Positions 17,369-32,269 of a DNA stretch of 64,000 bases are shown in pieces. The stretch comes from Neocallimastix sp. 'constans'. Its lineage: Eukaryota. The notes under the pieces were generated by a model. It ran no database searches, had not been told where the DNA came from, and saw only the letters and a list, made by a program, of their open reading frames with translations. The stretch is taken from the NCBI GenBank assembly GCA_050613775.1, contig JBODTK010000122.1:62001-126000 (forward strand). Direction: 5' to 3'. Both the position numbers and the translations under genes were made by a program. Within the stretch, counting starts at the first letter, position 1; the number at the start of each line of letters is the position of its first letter.

Positions 17369-17619
17369 TAATTGATAATAGAAATAAATATATATTATTT
17401 TATTTTTTTTTTTTTTTTTTTTTTTCTTTCTTTTTTTTTATATTTATTTTTTTTTTTATATTGATGAATTTCACTGAATTTATTTTGTTTTTTAAAAAGG
17501 GAGATATTGCATATTTTTTTTAAAAAAATTTCTTTTGTTTTGTTTCGTTTTGTTTATTTTTTTTAGTTATGTATTTTCACTTTATTTTAATTTACTTATA
17601 TTATTCATTTTAATTTTCA

Positions 17620-18152
17620 TTATTCTTCGGATAATAATAAACTTCGTAGATCTTCGGTTTTAATATCCATTATTTTATTATATAATTCTGGGTTTAATTT
17701 CTTATAAATATCATTATAAGTTTCACTGACTATTATAGCCTGTTCATACATTTTTTTAAATTTGGCTTCAACAAGTTCATCAACATTAGGAAGATGTCGA
17801 TTTTTTGCATAAAAACTACGTAGTGTTGGTATAATATCTACAATAGTTCTCTTTTCACCATTATTTGAACCATTTATAGATAAAAAATTACCATCTTTAT
17901 CACGACAAATACTACCATTACTACTACCTGCAGAAACAATTAACATACCAATTTCAATATCTTTTTTTTTTTTTTTTTGTTAACAAAATATGAAATAGTA
18001 TAAAAGAAAATAATTTTAATTTATATATATTATTACATTAAAATATATATCATTCAATCAATTAAAAACATTTTATTTTTATTTTATAATTAACAATATA
18101 TATACATTATAAAATACATGTTATACAAAATAAACTATTTACCAGAAACCAT
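17620..18152 (-). CDS. Hypothetical ~116-aa protein (MVSDIEIGMLIVSAGSSNGSICRDKDG...)
   Basis: Clearly coding-like exon 17620-17960. A candidate 10-nt first exon ATGGTTTCTG|gt at 18143-18152 joins in frame. The first exon is uncertain and no family was recognised. Confidence 0.55.
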
Positions 18153-18504
18153 TTTTATTTATTGTTATTATTTAAAATAATGTTTTTTTTTTTTTTTTTT
18201 TTTTTATTCTTATTATTATTCTTACTAATTTTTTTAAATAATTCAAATTTCGAAGAAATTTTACTTTTTTTTTTTTTTTTATAAAAAAAAAATTATAAAA
18301 TAAAATAAAATAAAGTAATAAAAATAAATAAATATATAAATAAATAAATTTTAAAAAAAATTAATAAATAAAGTTTATTTTTTTCATTAACCTCTAAAAT
18401 TTAATTTATATTTAATTTATATTATAAAAAAAATGTTTTTTATTATTTGCTAGCCAAACCCGGATGGGGGTTATTTGAAGCAAAAGTTCGAAAAAATAAT
18501 ATTA

Positions 18505-18650
18505 CAACTATAATATCAATAATAATTATAATATCAATAATAATTATAATATCAATAATAATTATAATATCAATAATAATTATAATATCAATAATAATTA
18601 TAATATCAATAATAATTATAATATCAATAATAATTATAATATCAATACTA
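18505..18650. repeat. 18-bp minisatellite (ataatatcaataataatt) x ~8
   Basis: Direct inspection. Confidence 0.9.
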
Positions 18651-18749
18651 ATAAAAATAATTGTAATAATAGATTAATAATTCAATATATAATTTTAATT
18701 TTTAAAGAAATTTCAATTATATTATTTTAAATTTATATTATTTTAATAT

Positions 18750-18796
<47 letters not shown>

Positions 18797-19117
18797 TTAT
18801 ATAATAATATTAATTTAAAATTTTTATTTTTTTAAATTTTATTTTTATTTTTATATATTATATAAATATTTGCTTTTATAAAATTTTATATATTTTTTAT
18901 AAATATTTGTTTTTTAATTTTAAATTTTTATATATATTTTTTTATATTTTTAATTATTATATATATTTTTTATGTTAAGAATTATTATCTTCTTTTTATA
19001 ATAATAATAAGAATTATTCACTAATAAAAATTAACATAATTAAATGACTTCTAATTACAATTATTTAATCAGCATCAAAATCTTTTTTTTTTTTTATTTT
19101 TTGTGTAAGGTATTTAT

Positions 19118-19166
<49 letters not shown>

Positions 19167-19188
19167 TGTATAGGTGTTAATTTATTGA

Positions 19189-19226
<38 letters not shown>

Positions 19227-19328
19227 TAATTTTTTAAATTTTTTAATTTTTTTTTTTCTTTTCTTAAATTTTTATTTGGATATTAATAAGGAAAGATTAT
19301 AAATAATAAATTCTTTTTTTTTTTTTTT

Positions 19329-20849
19329 TTAATTCAGTTTATCAACATAGGCTCTACAATAATTACCTCTTACTCTAACAAATTCTAAAAGTTCATATGA
19401 ATCACTAACTTCATCGTTATCATCTCCATAGTTAATATCACAATTTCTATTAAAGTGCTTCATTTTAAAGGAGGTTACTTTACCGGAATAAGGAATTGCT
19501 AAATTGTCTACGGCATTAATATTCCATTCAACATCTTCACGAATAAGATCAGCTATACCACTAATATAATTGTATACATTATAGGTTTGATAGGTATTCT
19601 GAGTTACTTGTTCTAATATCGTATTATATCTTTCCTTAATTTGTGGATGTTTCATTAAATTATTAATGAAATAGTGATCATTGATAGATTCATCATAATT
19701 GGCCCAGGTAATACAATCTTTAATGTAATTTGAAGGATCAAGTGAACTAATTTCCCAGGATCCCACTAAAGATTCATCAAAATCGTAAGGAATAAAATGA
19801 TAGGTCTTATCTTCTGGATTATAGTAAAGATCCGTATTACTCATAATCAACCAGAAATTATCTAATGGAAGAATTAAGGTATCAATAACCATTAATCTAA
19901 GAACCGATTCAAGATTTAAGAAAGTTTCAAGTTCTCGGATGGCTTTACTGGAAGTGTCCTTTTCATAAGTTTTAACCCATTGGTCAAATAATTTGGTAAA
20001 TCTAATTAAAGAAGACCATTTAGTAGCTTCATCATCATCGTTTTCATCATCATCGAATTCATTAATTTCATAAGTATTACTTTTAGCGTATTTAGAGTAA
20101 CTATCACCCAAATATTTTAAATCACAATATGGTCCATCTGGAGTATCAGAATTTAATGAATAACTTGTTCCAATATTGGCATTTTCATCTCCATGAATAT
20201 AGGCACCAATCCATTTCTTATTTAAAACATCGGAAATTAAGTATAAACCATAGATATCATCATTAATGATAAGTCTAGCATATGCGTTTTCTTGAACAGG
20301 AACACCAACGCTGCTATATAATTTAGAAGCTAGCTTCTCACGCATAAGAGATTTATCCTTAGCTATACCATTCATTTCAACATACTCTCTTCCAAAGAAC
20401 TCGTTTTCAGTGAAATGTATACCCCAGGAAAGTTTCTTGTATTTACGAGCTCCGTAACCAATTAAATTCATAGTACCTTCACTTTGGAAGGTCGAATCTG
20501 GGGAAATAATGTTAAAGGTACATGGAACCTTCTTATTATTTTCAATACTTCTACCATTAAAGAATGGATTAGTGGTAACATTAGTATAGCTTACTTCTTC
20601 ACATTTAGCATATACAGTGTAGACTACATTATCTGGAATAGGTTGATACTTTTCAGAACCCATTGGGAATAAAGATTCTAATGGACTTGAAAGTTCTGGA
20701 ATAGAATCATATTTATTAGTTCTATTATTAAAGTTTCATATACACATTTATATATATAATATTTAAATTTTGATAAAAATTAATGATAAAATATTAGTAT
20801 TATTATTTTTAGTAGTATTACTATTAGTATTAGTTTTATTATATGGAAT

Positions 20850-20908
<59 letters not shown>

Positions 20909-23900
20909 TTAAAAGACATTAAAGATAAAATAAATTTCTTTTATAACTTACCTATTAAAGACTTCATTAATAATTTCATCATTGTAAGTTCTGGTAATAA
21001 TTTCTTCCTTAACCACTTTATTTTTACTATTAAGAGCTACATATTTATATTGACTCAAATTTTCGTCCTCTATGGTACCAGTATATAATGGATAGGTTGA
21101 AATATTTAATGGAACAACAATATTGTTTCCATATTTTACTCCCATAGAATAATCTTTACCTAAAATTGACACTACATTAAATTTAAAACCAGATGTATTA
21201 TTTTCCTCATTTTCTTTGTTTTGTTCATTCTCTTTATTTTCTTCATTATCTTTATTTCCTTCATTATCTTTATTTTCTTCATTATCTTTATTTCCTTCAT
21301 TATCTTTATTTTCTTCATTATCTTTATTTCCTTCATTATCTTTATTTTTTTCTTCATTTTCATCTTCCTTAAGATCAACAGTACTTGTGTAGGCTCTACA
21401 ATATTCTCCTCTAACATTTACAAATTCTTGAAGTTCATATGAATCGCTGATACCATTTTTACTATTATCATTATATTTTATATTATAACTTCTATTAAAA
21501 TGACTAAGCTTCATATTTTTCACTTCTCCTTGATATGGTATATTTAAACTTTTAACTGAATCAATATTCCATTGAACATCATCCTTAATGAGCTCAACAA
21601 TACTAAGAAGATAATTATTAACGGTAACTGGATCGAAGGATTGATTACTAATTTTATCTAAAATAATGTCATATCTCTTTTTAATTTGTGGATGTTTCAT
21701 TATATTATTAAGGAAGTAGTGATCATTAATGGATTCATTATAATTAGCCCATGTAATACAATCTTCAATATAATTATCAGGATTAAGTGAACTAATATCC
21801 CATGATCCATATAAGGATTGATCAAAATCGAATGGAAGGATTAAATATTTATTATCCACGGGATTGTAATAAAGTTCTACATTACTCATAATTAACCAGA
21901 AGTTATCTAATGGAAGAATTAAAGTATCAATAGCCATTAATCTAAGAAGTGGTTCAAGATTTAAGAATTTTTCAAGTTCTTTAACTGCTTTATCAGAAGA
22001 ATCATTTTTATAGGTATTGACCCAATTATCAAATAATTTTGTAAATTCAATTAAACGATTCCATTGAGTAGATTCATCATTAGGATCTACATCTTCTTTT
22101 TCATATTCATCAACTTCATAAATTCCTTTATTTTTATATTTGGAATATCTAGTTCCCATATATTTCAAATCACAGTATGGACCATCTGGAACAGTTGAAA
22201 GTAATTTATAACTCATACCTATTTTAGCCTTTTCATCGCCATGAACGTAGGCACCAAGCCATTTCTTATTCAGAGTATCAGTAATTAAATATAATCCATA
22301 AATATCATCATTAATGAAAAATCTAGCATAAGCTCCTTCTTGAACTGGAACTCCAGCAGACTTATATAATTCTGTTGCAAGTTTTTCACGCATAAGAGAT
22401 CTGTCACCAGCCATACCTCTCATCTTTACAGTTTTTCTTCCAAAGAATTTTTTATCTGTAAATTGAATACTCCAAGAAAGTTTTTTATATAAACGACTAC
22501 CGAAACCAATTAAACGAACGGTACCTTCACTTTGGAAAACAGAATCTGGAGAAATAATTGTGATAGAACATGGAACCTTCATTTCATTACGAATCTCTCT
22601 ACCATTAAAGAATGGATTAGTAGTAACATTAGCATAACCAACTTCGTCACATTTAGCATATACATTGTAAATAACATTATCTGGAATTGGTTGATACTTT
22701 TCAGTTCCCATTGGGAATATTGGTTCTAATGGATCTGGTATTTCAGTACGACTAACACTCTTATTAACTCTTTATAATATAATTATTTAAATATATATAT
22801 ATTTATATATTATATAATCTTGATTAGTATCATTTATAAATATATATTATTATCATTTTTTATAAAAATTGTAGAAATAAAAAAAATTTTTTTTTTATAA
22901 TTTTATAATTCCTTTAGTTATTTTATAAAATTTTAAAGATTCCTAATTCTAAATTATTTATTTATATTTATATTTACAATAAAATTATGAATTACCTGTT
23001 GTAAACTTCATTTACAATAGTTTCATTGGTGTAAGTTCTAAAGAATGATTCCTCTTCGACAATTTCATTTTTAGCATTAAGGGCAACATATTTATATTTA
23101 TTTATATTTTTAGCTTTTATTGAACCAGAATACACTAATTATTACATTAAACATATTAAACATGTTTATAAAAAAATTTTTTTTTTTTTTTTTTAATATA
23201 TCAAAAAAATATTATATATGAAGATTTGTATTAACATTATTTTTATAAGATTATAACTAATTCGAATATTAAATATTAAAAAAAAAAAAAAAAAAATTAT
23301 TTTAAATTTATTACTTACATGGGAAAGCTGTAGAATTTAATGATACAACTTCTTCATCATATTTAACACCTAAGGAATACCTTTTACCAAATAGAGAAAC
23401 AACATTGAAATTAAAAATTTGTTGATCTTCTTCAGAAGAGGTTACTGGAGTTGGAATAATTTCACTCATTTCTAACTTCAAGTCATCTGAAATATTTGAA
23501 TTATCGGAAGTATCAATGTTAGAAGTATAATCTCTACAAAAACCACCTCTAAGATTAACAAAGTCTCGAAGATCATAAGAATCTTTAACAGAACTTGTAG
23601 GCTTTACTGATATCTTTAAATTCTTTTCAAAATGATTCATTGTGAAACTTTGAACTTTACCATTATATGGGATATTTAAATTATTAACTGCATCAATATT
23701 CCATTGAACATCCTCTCTAATAAGACTAGCTATTGCATTAATGTAATTATATATGATATCAGAATCATAAGTTTTATGACTAAGTTCAGCCAAAATGATA
23801 TCATATCTCTTTCTAATTTGTGGATGTTCTAATAAATGATTGGTAAAATAGTGCTCATATAAACTTTCATTATAATTTGGCCAAGTTATACAATCCTTAA

Positions 23901-24924
23901 TATAATTATTTGGATTGAAGTATTGTTCATCCCATGAGCCTCTCATAGTTTCATCGAAATCAAAAGGAATAATTTGGTAATTACCTCTTTCTGGATTATA
24001 ATAAAGAGCAGAATTACTCATAATTAACCAGAAATTATCTAATGGAATAACTAATGTATCTACCGCCATAACTCTAAGAACAGACTCAATATTAAGGAAT
24101 TTTTTAAGCTCTTCAATAGCCTTATCAGAGGTATCATTTTGATAGGTTGTTACCCATGCATCATACAATCTTGTAAATTCAATTAATCGAGCCCAAGGAG
24201 CTGCTTTATCATTTGGATCAACTTCATCTTTTTCATATTCATCTAATATATAAGTTCCAGATTTCTTATAACTTTTATAATTTTCCCCCAAATATTTTAA
24301 GGAAGCATATGGACCTTTTGGAGTAGTTGAAACTAATTTATAAGTAAATCCAACTTTAGCCTTTTTGTCACCATGAATATAGGCTCCCATCCAATTTTTA
24401 TTGAAACTATCTGAAATCAAATATAAACCATAAGTATCTCCATTGATGAAAAGTCTAGCATAAGCACCTTCTTGAACTGGAACACCTGCACTTTTATACA
24501 CTTTAGAAGTCAATTTTTCACGAATAAGTGATTTATCATTAGCAATACCCCTCAACTTAAAACTTTTTCTTCCTAAAAATTTATTTTTATCAGAAAATTT
24601 TATATTCCAAGAAAGTTTCTTATATAAACGACTACCATAACCAATGGTATGCATATTACCAGCACTTTGAAAAACTGAATCCGGAGAAATAATATTAAAG
24701 TTACAACTAATAACTATATCTTTACCATCATCATCTTCAGTAAATGGATCTGCTGTAACAATTTTATAATTAGTTTCATCACATTTTGCGTATATATTAT
24801 AAATTACATTATCAGGGATAGGTTGATAATTTTCAGTTCCTAATTTAAATTGTGGATTCAATGGTGTAGGTAGTGTTGGAAGATCAACTTTCTTATTTTG
24901 TCTTTTTATTATTATTATTATTAA

Positions 24925-24994
<70 letters not shown>

Positions 24995-25708
24995 TTGTAT
25001 TTTATTTTGAATATTTAAATATATAGAAATGGATAAAATAATATTATAAAGAATCATAAGTTATAAATTATTATTAAAATTATTATTAATATTTATAAAT
25101 ATTAACAATATATTTTTTATTATATATTATTATTAATAATAGAAAAAATGTTTTTACCTATTATAAACTTCATTTATTAAAGGAGTTTCATCATTATAAT
25201 ATCTCACAATAGTTTCCTCTTCAATAACTTTATTATTTTTATTAAAAGCGACATATTTGTATTGATTAATACTATTATCTTCTACAGTACCAGTAAATAC
25301 TTATTGATATATTTAATATAATTAGTGCATCAAAATTACATATTTAATATATAAATTGAAAATAATAATAATACTAATAAATATTTATAACATTTTTTAT
25401 ATTAAATTTATATATTAATAATAATAGTTACATGGAAAAACCGTAGATTCTAAATGAACAATTTTATTATTAAATTTAACACCTAAGGAATAGCCTTCAC
25501 CTAAAATTGAAACTACATTAAAATTGTAGGTACTTGCTGGAATAATTTAAAAATATTCATAATATTATTAAATAAAAAGATTTTAGTTTTTATTTTTTTT
25601 TCTTATATATAATGATTAATGTAAATGTATCTTAGTAATTATATAGCAATTAATACCATGACTAAACGCAAATAATAAAGATAATATATTTAATTGAATT
25701 AATTTCAT
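19329..25708 (-). CDS. cotH: Secreted protein with three tandem [Ig/beta-sandwich-like + CotH kinase] units, ~1743 aa
   Basis: Exons 25657-25708, 25432-25536, 25158-25299, 23319-24901, 22996-23134, 20952-22769, 19329-20721 join in frame (5232 nt). One signal peptide, one stop. Each unit has G(Y/F)G(S/A)R.YKKLSW, D.SL.REKL, YARL.IN.D.YGLY, DNFW..N, P(F/Y)DFD. Confidence 0.9.
21205..21370 (-). repeat. 18/36-nt coding repeat (KDNEGN/KDNEEN) acidic linker between CotH units 2 and 3
   Basis: Alternating ttcttcattatcttt / tccttcattatcttt units; see the 20948-22711 ORF translation. Confidence 0.9.
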
Positions 25709-26996
25709 TTTGATTTTTTAATTTATTTATTATTATTTTATTATTTTTTTTTATTTTAATTTTGATTTCTGTATTATATTAATATTGTTATGTACATTTA
25801 AAATTTTTAAATACAAATACATTTAATAAATTAAATGTACTTATATTAAGTTTTCTTCTTTTTCTTCTTTTCTTATTTTTTTTTTAAGCAAAAAAAAATA
25901 AGAAATATGAGAAATAAAATACTTTATATATTTTTTTCATCCATAATTATAATTATATATATTAATTTTTTATATATTTAAATATATAAGAAAAAAAAAA
26001 AAACTTATAGTAATAATATTAATAGGTACATGAAACATATCTTTTAATAATGAATAATAATAAAATTATTACCATTGTTTAATATATTTTTGATATATTA
26101 AATATTCTATATTTTATAATTTTATTAAATCAGGATAAAGGAAAAAAAAATTTTTTTTTTTTCAATTATTATTATAAATCATTTTAATTACTTTCATTTC
26201 ATCAAAACTTTAATTATTATTAAATTTTTAAAATATGATTACTTCTTATATTAAAAATTTTATATTTTTTTAATATTTAAGAAGGTATTAAAATTTAAAA
26301 AAAAAAAAAAAAAAAAAATTAGTATTGTTAAGTCAGTATTATACAAATTTAGATTTTAAAAGAATATAATGAATGAAATTAATTTCGAATTTTAAAAATT
26401 ATCTAATTATTTTCATTTTCTACTTTTTATAATTCATTATGAGTAATAAAACTCTGAATAAAGAATTATTTACTGTTAGTAATAGTAGTATATTTATTAT
26501 TAAAATTATAAATAATATTAAAAATAGATCTATTTATTATTTATTATTTATATTCTATTATTCAATTATTCAATTATCATTTAATATTTATTACTTATTA
26601 TTTGTGATTTATGATTTATGATTTATTATTTATTATTTATTATTTATTATTTATTATTTATTATTTATTATTTATTATTTATTATTTATTATTTATTATT
26701 TATTATTTATATAATTAATAATTTTTTTTTTTAAAAAAAATTAAAAATTAAGTTTTAGAACATATGCTAAAGTTTAAATAATAATAAAATAAAATAAAAT
26801 ATAGATTTATATAATCAACCTAATATAATAAAAATAAATGAAATTTATAAAAATTGTTAATACTTTCATATCTATTGATAAAGTTTATTAAGTGGAAGAA
26901 AATAAATAATAAAAAGATTCAAAACACAAAGTCTTAACCAGTAATATTAAAAAGTCAACAATATAAAAACTACTATTACTTAAATATTTCTCAAAT

Positions 26997-27030
<34 letters not shown>

Positions 27031-27132
27031 TAGAAATAATATTCAAAATTAAAATTTTAATAAAAAAAATATGTATATATATACATGGCAGTCACTTAAT
27101 TTATTATAATTAATTATATTATATGTATATCA

Positions 27133-27165
<33 letters not shown>

Positions 27166-28365
27166 CTTGATAATGAAATAATTACCACTATGGTTCATAT
27201 CCAATAAAAATAAAATAACGATTCTTTTCCCAAAATATTTCATATCCAATAAAAAATCAGATAGAAATCATAAATAATTAATAATATAAATAAAAAATAA
27301 AATAATATATCAATAATAATTATTAATTTAAAGTATATATTTCTAAATAATTTAGAATTCTATATAAATAAATGATACAATATATATTTTAATAAAAAAA
27401 AATATTAATTTTCTTTTAAATAATTAAAATGAAATATTTCCTCTTTTTTATGATCAAATATATTGAATTTATTTGATATTTGTAGTACATATTTTTTTTA
27501 TTTTATTTATTAAATAAAAAAAATGTAGTTTTTTCAATGTATCTTAATTTTATATAACTTTTTTTTTTATTGAAAATATTACTTTTTAATCTATTCAACT
27601 AAACACAATTAATATATAATACATAATTTTATAGTGCTTTATTGGTTGACATGATATTTTTAGAATTAAAAATGAATCCTATTTATATATCTATTTAATT
27701 AGTTAGTCATTTATTTATTTTTTATTTATTTATTTATTCATCTATGTATTTATTTATTATTTATTTATTATTTATTTATTTATTAGCTATTTATTTATTA
27801 TTTATTTATCTATCTATTTTAATTGTTATTAGTCCATATATTATATTTTTTAATATAAACAATGGTAAGATATTATGATATTACTGTTTTATAAATGAAA
27901 TTGTACAAAATAATTTAAATTATTAAAAATAAACAATAAATTTTTATGCCTATTATGGTTTAATTATTAATTTATATATTTACTTATATATTACTAGTAA
28001 TTTATTTAATTATATAATAATTTATTCATCTATTTACTGTCATAATAGTTTAAAACTTAACCAATAAAATTATAGAAAAAGTCATATTACTATAATTCAT
28101 AATTTTTTTGTTTTTCTAAATGTTTTATTGGATAGCTGGTTTTTTATACATAAATTTTAAATATTAATAATATTTTACAATAAAAAATTATTTTTTTTTT
28201 CAAATAATTAAATATAAATTTTCGGATTTTTAAAATATGAACATAAAAATTAATATATTAATGGGTACTCTATACTCATATGCAAATGTAATTATTTTTG
28301 ACAAAAATTTATTTTTTTTTTTTTTAATGTTTTAAAGTTTTATTTTATTTTTCATTTATTAATAT

Positions 28366-28444
<79 letters not shown>

Positions 28445-29740
28445 TTCATTTATACAAATTATTAAATTATTATGGAAGAAATTTATTAATATTTTCAAAA
28501 AATATATATATATAAAAATAAAGTTTTAAACTTGGCATAGATACAACAATAATTAAATTTTTATTTATTATTATTTTATTATAATTTACATATTATAAGA
28601 ATCTTAGATTCTTTTTTTATTTTTACTACATAAATTCTTGTAAAATGAAATTGCTTTGATATTAAAAATTAATAATATTATAAAAAAAAAATTAATGAAT
28701 TTATAATACATAATAATACATAATATTAATTTTTTTTCAAGAACTATTAATATACTATAATTATAATTTATTATATATTTTTTACTATTTATTATTTATT
28801 ATTTATTATTAAATATAAATTTATAATTTATAGAACTTAAATAAATGATTAATTGTTTAAATTTTTGTTAAGCATTTATTTACATTCTATAAATAATAAA
28901 ATACCAATTAAATTAAATTAAATAGACTTAATTATGGCTCGTTTCATATACATATTAAATTATATTTAAATTGTATATTTAATATAGTTTAATATTTTAT
29001 TATACTTAATATAACTTTATATGAATAAATAATAAAGTTAATTAATCTTATAAAAATTTTATTTTGTTTCCAAAAAGGTTTATGGTAATGGATCGGCCAG
29101 CATATCATTTGTATTAATATTCTATAATTGAGCATTTTTATTTGATTTATTTTAATTGTTGAAATGGTAACTACCACTAATGTGTCTAAGCTTTGGATTT
29201 AAATGGCCTGTTTCAATACTATTTTTGCTTGCTTCACTATCTTTGTTAATGATATTATTGTTATCATATTATAACGATTGTTATTATTGAAATTAATTTT
29301 ATTAAGATTATTATTATTGAAACTAATTTTATTAAGATTATTATTATTATTAAAATTAATATTTTTAAGATTATTATTATTGAAATTAATATTATTATTA
29401 AGATTATTATTATTGAAATTAATTACTATTATTATTATTGAAATTAATATTATTAAGATTGACTTAAATTTTAATAATTTATGCTTTATGAAAATATAAT
29501 GCATTTATGTCTTATTTTCAACAAGTAAATTTTTATTATCAATATTAATATAATTATTAGGATTTTTATTATTATTGAAATTAATATTACTAAGATTATT
29601 ATTATTGAAACTAATATTATTAGGACTGTAATTATGATTATTATAGTAAATATTAATATTATTATGAATAGTATTAGGTTTGAAATGTTTAGTATTATTA
29701 TTGGTAAAATTAGAGTTTCCTTTATTATCTTTATTAATAT

Positions 29741-30060
29741 TTAAAATATTATTATTTGAATTATTGTTAATAAAATTATTAATATCATTTTTAATTTTTA
29801 TATTCAAGATTATTTTTATTATGATTATGATTAGTATTTGGGTTGAAATGTTTAATAATATTATTATTAGTAAAATTAGATTTTCTTTCATTATTTTTAT
29901 ATTTAAAATATTATTATTTGAATTATTGTTAATAAAATTATTAATATCATTTTTAATTTTTATATTCAAGATTATTTTTATTATGATTATGATTAGTATT
30001 TGGGTTGAAATGTTTAATAATATTATTATTAGTAAAATTAGATTTTCTTTCATTATTTTT
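29741..30060. repeat. 162-bp tandem duplication in an Asn-rich segment
   Basis: Units start at ~29741 and ~29903; shows as 54-aa periodicity in the ORF track. Confidence 0.9.
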
Positions 30061-31871
30061 ATAAATATTTTAATATATATTATTTTAAAATTATATTCAT
30101 CTGATAAAAAATTTTTATTAATAAAATTTGATTATTTTTTAAATTAAAATTTCAATGAATTAAAAATTTTTAATTATAAAAATTTTATACATCATTTGAA
30201 AATTTTTGTATTTAAATCAAAAAAATTTCCTCTGTTTGAAAAATTTTTATTGGTTAGTGTAATGGTGTTTTGATTTTGATTAATGAATTGTGTTGAATTT
30301 CGAAACGTGGCTTATAAATAATAACTTAATTCTAAATTTAACACCCACATTTTTAATTATTTTTAAATAATTGTAAATTATTAAATAAATAGAACTAGAA
30401 ATAAATTGGGTTAATTTTTTTTTTCCCTTCTTTTTTTTTTTTTTTTTAAGATTTTACATATTAAAAAAATTTTCTTCTTAACTTTTTATTTTTAATTGTT
30501 TCTTTAAAAAAAATGAATTAAATAACTACATACTAAATAAAATTAATAATAGAAAATTTAAATAAATAAATAATAAATTATAAAAAATTAAATATATTTT
30601 ATTTTGGGATATTAAAAAATGGAAAAAAAAGTGAAATAAATAAAGCAAAGAAACAAATTATTATAAATAAAACATAAAATATAAATATAATTTATTTATT
30701 TAAAATTAAATATTATTAAATATTATTTTATTATTATTTTAACAAAAAAATATTAAAATATATCATTAAAAATTAAATATTATTAAATATTATTAAATAT
30801 TATTTTATTATTTTTTTAACAAAAAATTATTAAAATATAAATAAATTAAATATTATTAAATATTATTTTATTATTATTATTTATGTTATTAGTTTAATTT
30901 GTTTAATAATTTATTGATAAAACATAAATCTAATCCGCAATTTAATTTATTATTAATGCCAATACTTTAATGAACAGAGAATGGTTTGATTAGCATTCGT
31001 TAATACCACTGTTCTGTCGATTTCTTGGAGGTGAATATAATTTTTAATACCATTCTTTTTGGAAATTATGTTAATTTTCCTATTATAGTATTCTTTTTCT
31101 TGGTCCGATTTGAAATTAGTGAATATCCAAGCCTTCTTAGAGAATTCATCAATAAAAGTAGCGATGAATTTAAATTAAACCATAAAATGAATCTTGGAAA
31201 GGACCAACAATGTCGGAGTGTGTAGCATCTAGTATATCTAGTAGTTTGGTGGCCTTAGGAGTTAATCTAATATAAGACAATTTTTTCATTTTAGATATAC
31301 CACAGATAATATAATTATTATCATTATTAATATTACTGGTAGTATATTCTTTTACAAATATAAATAAATCTTTATGGTAGAAATGACCAAGTCTACTATG
31401 CCAAAGATTATCGTTCTCAGTGTTCAGAGTTAAATTATTATATTTAATATTAATTTTAATTGTGAATGCATTGTGTCCATTAATTGATCTTTAGTTATCT
31501 GTGTTAATAAGGTGTGGTTCATTGTCAATTAACATATTGATTAAAATTAATTCCGTATATGTAAATTGAATCCTTTTTTTTTTTTTTAAGGTAATGTTAT
31601 AACCATTAATAGAGTCTTTCCAAATGCCAAATTGGTAGTACAATTTAAATTGATTTTGTATTTTTTTAAATTTGTTAATAAACTTCCACAATTGCACCAA
31701 AACCATAATTTCAAGTTGATTCTGTATTACCATTTTGAGTTGTACAATTATTATTATTATTATTATTATCATAATTATTAATACAATTAATATTATCTAT
31801 GTAATTAATAGTAATTAATATCATGGTTAGATTTTTTAATCATTATTTAGATTTTTTAATCATTATTTTCA

Positions 31872-32269
<398 letters not shown>

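Noticed and set aside
27190..28243. Possible MITE (tatccaataaaa / ttttattggata, gttcatat / atatgaac inverted matches)
   Set aside because: Matches are short and AT-rich, and no TSD was seen.
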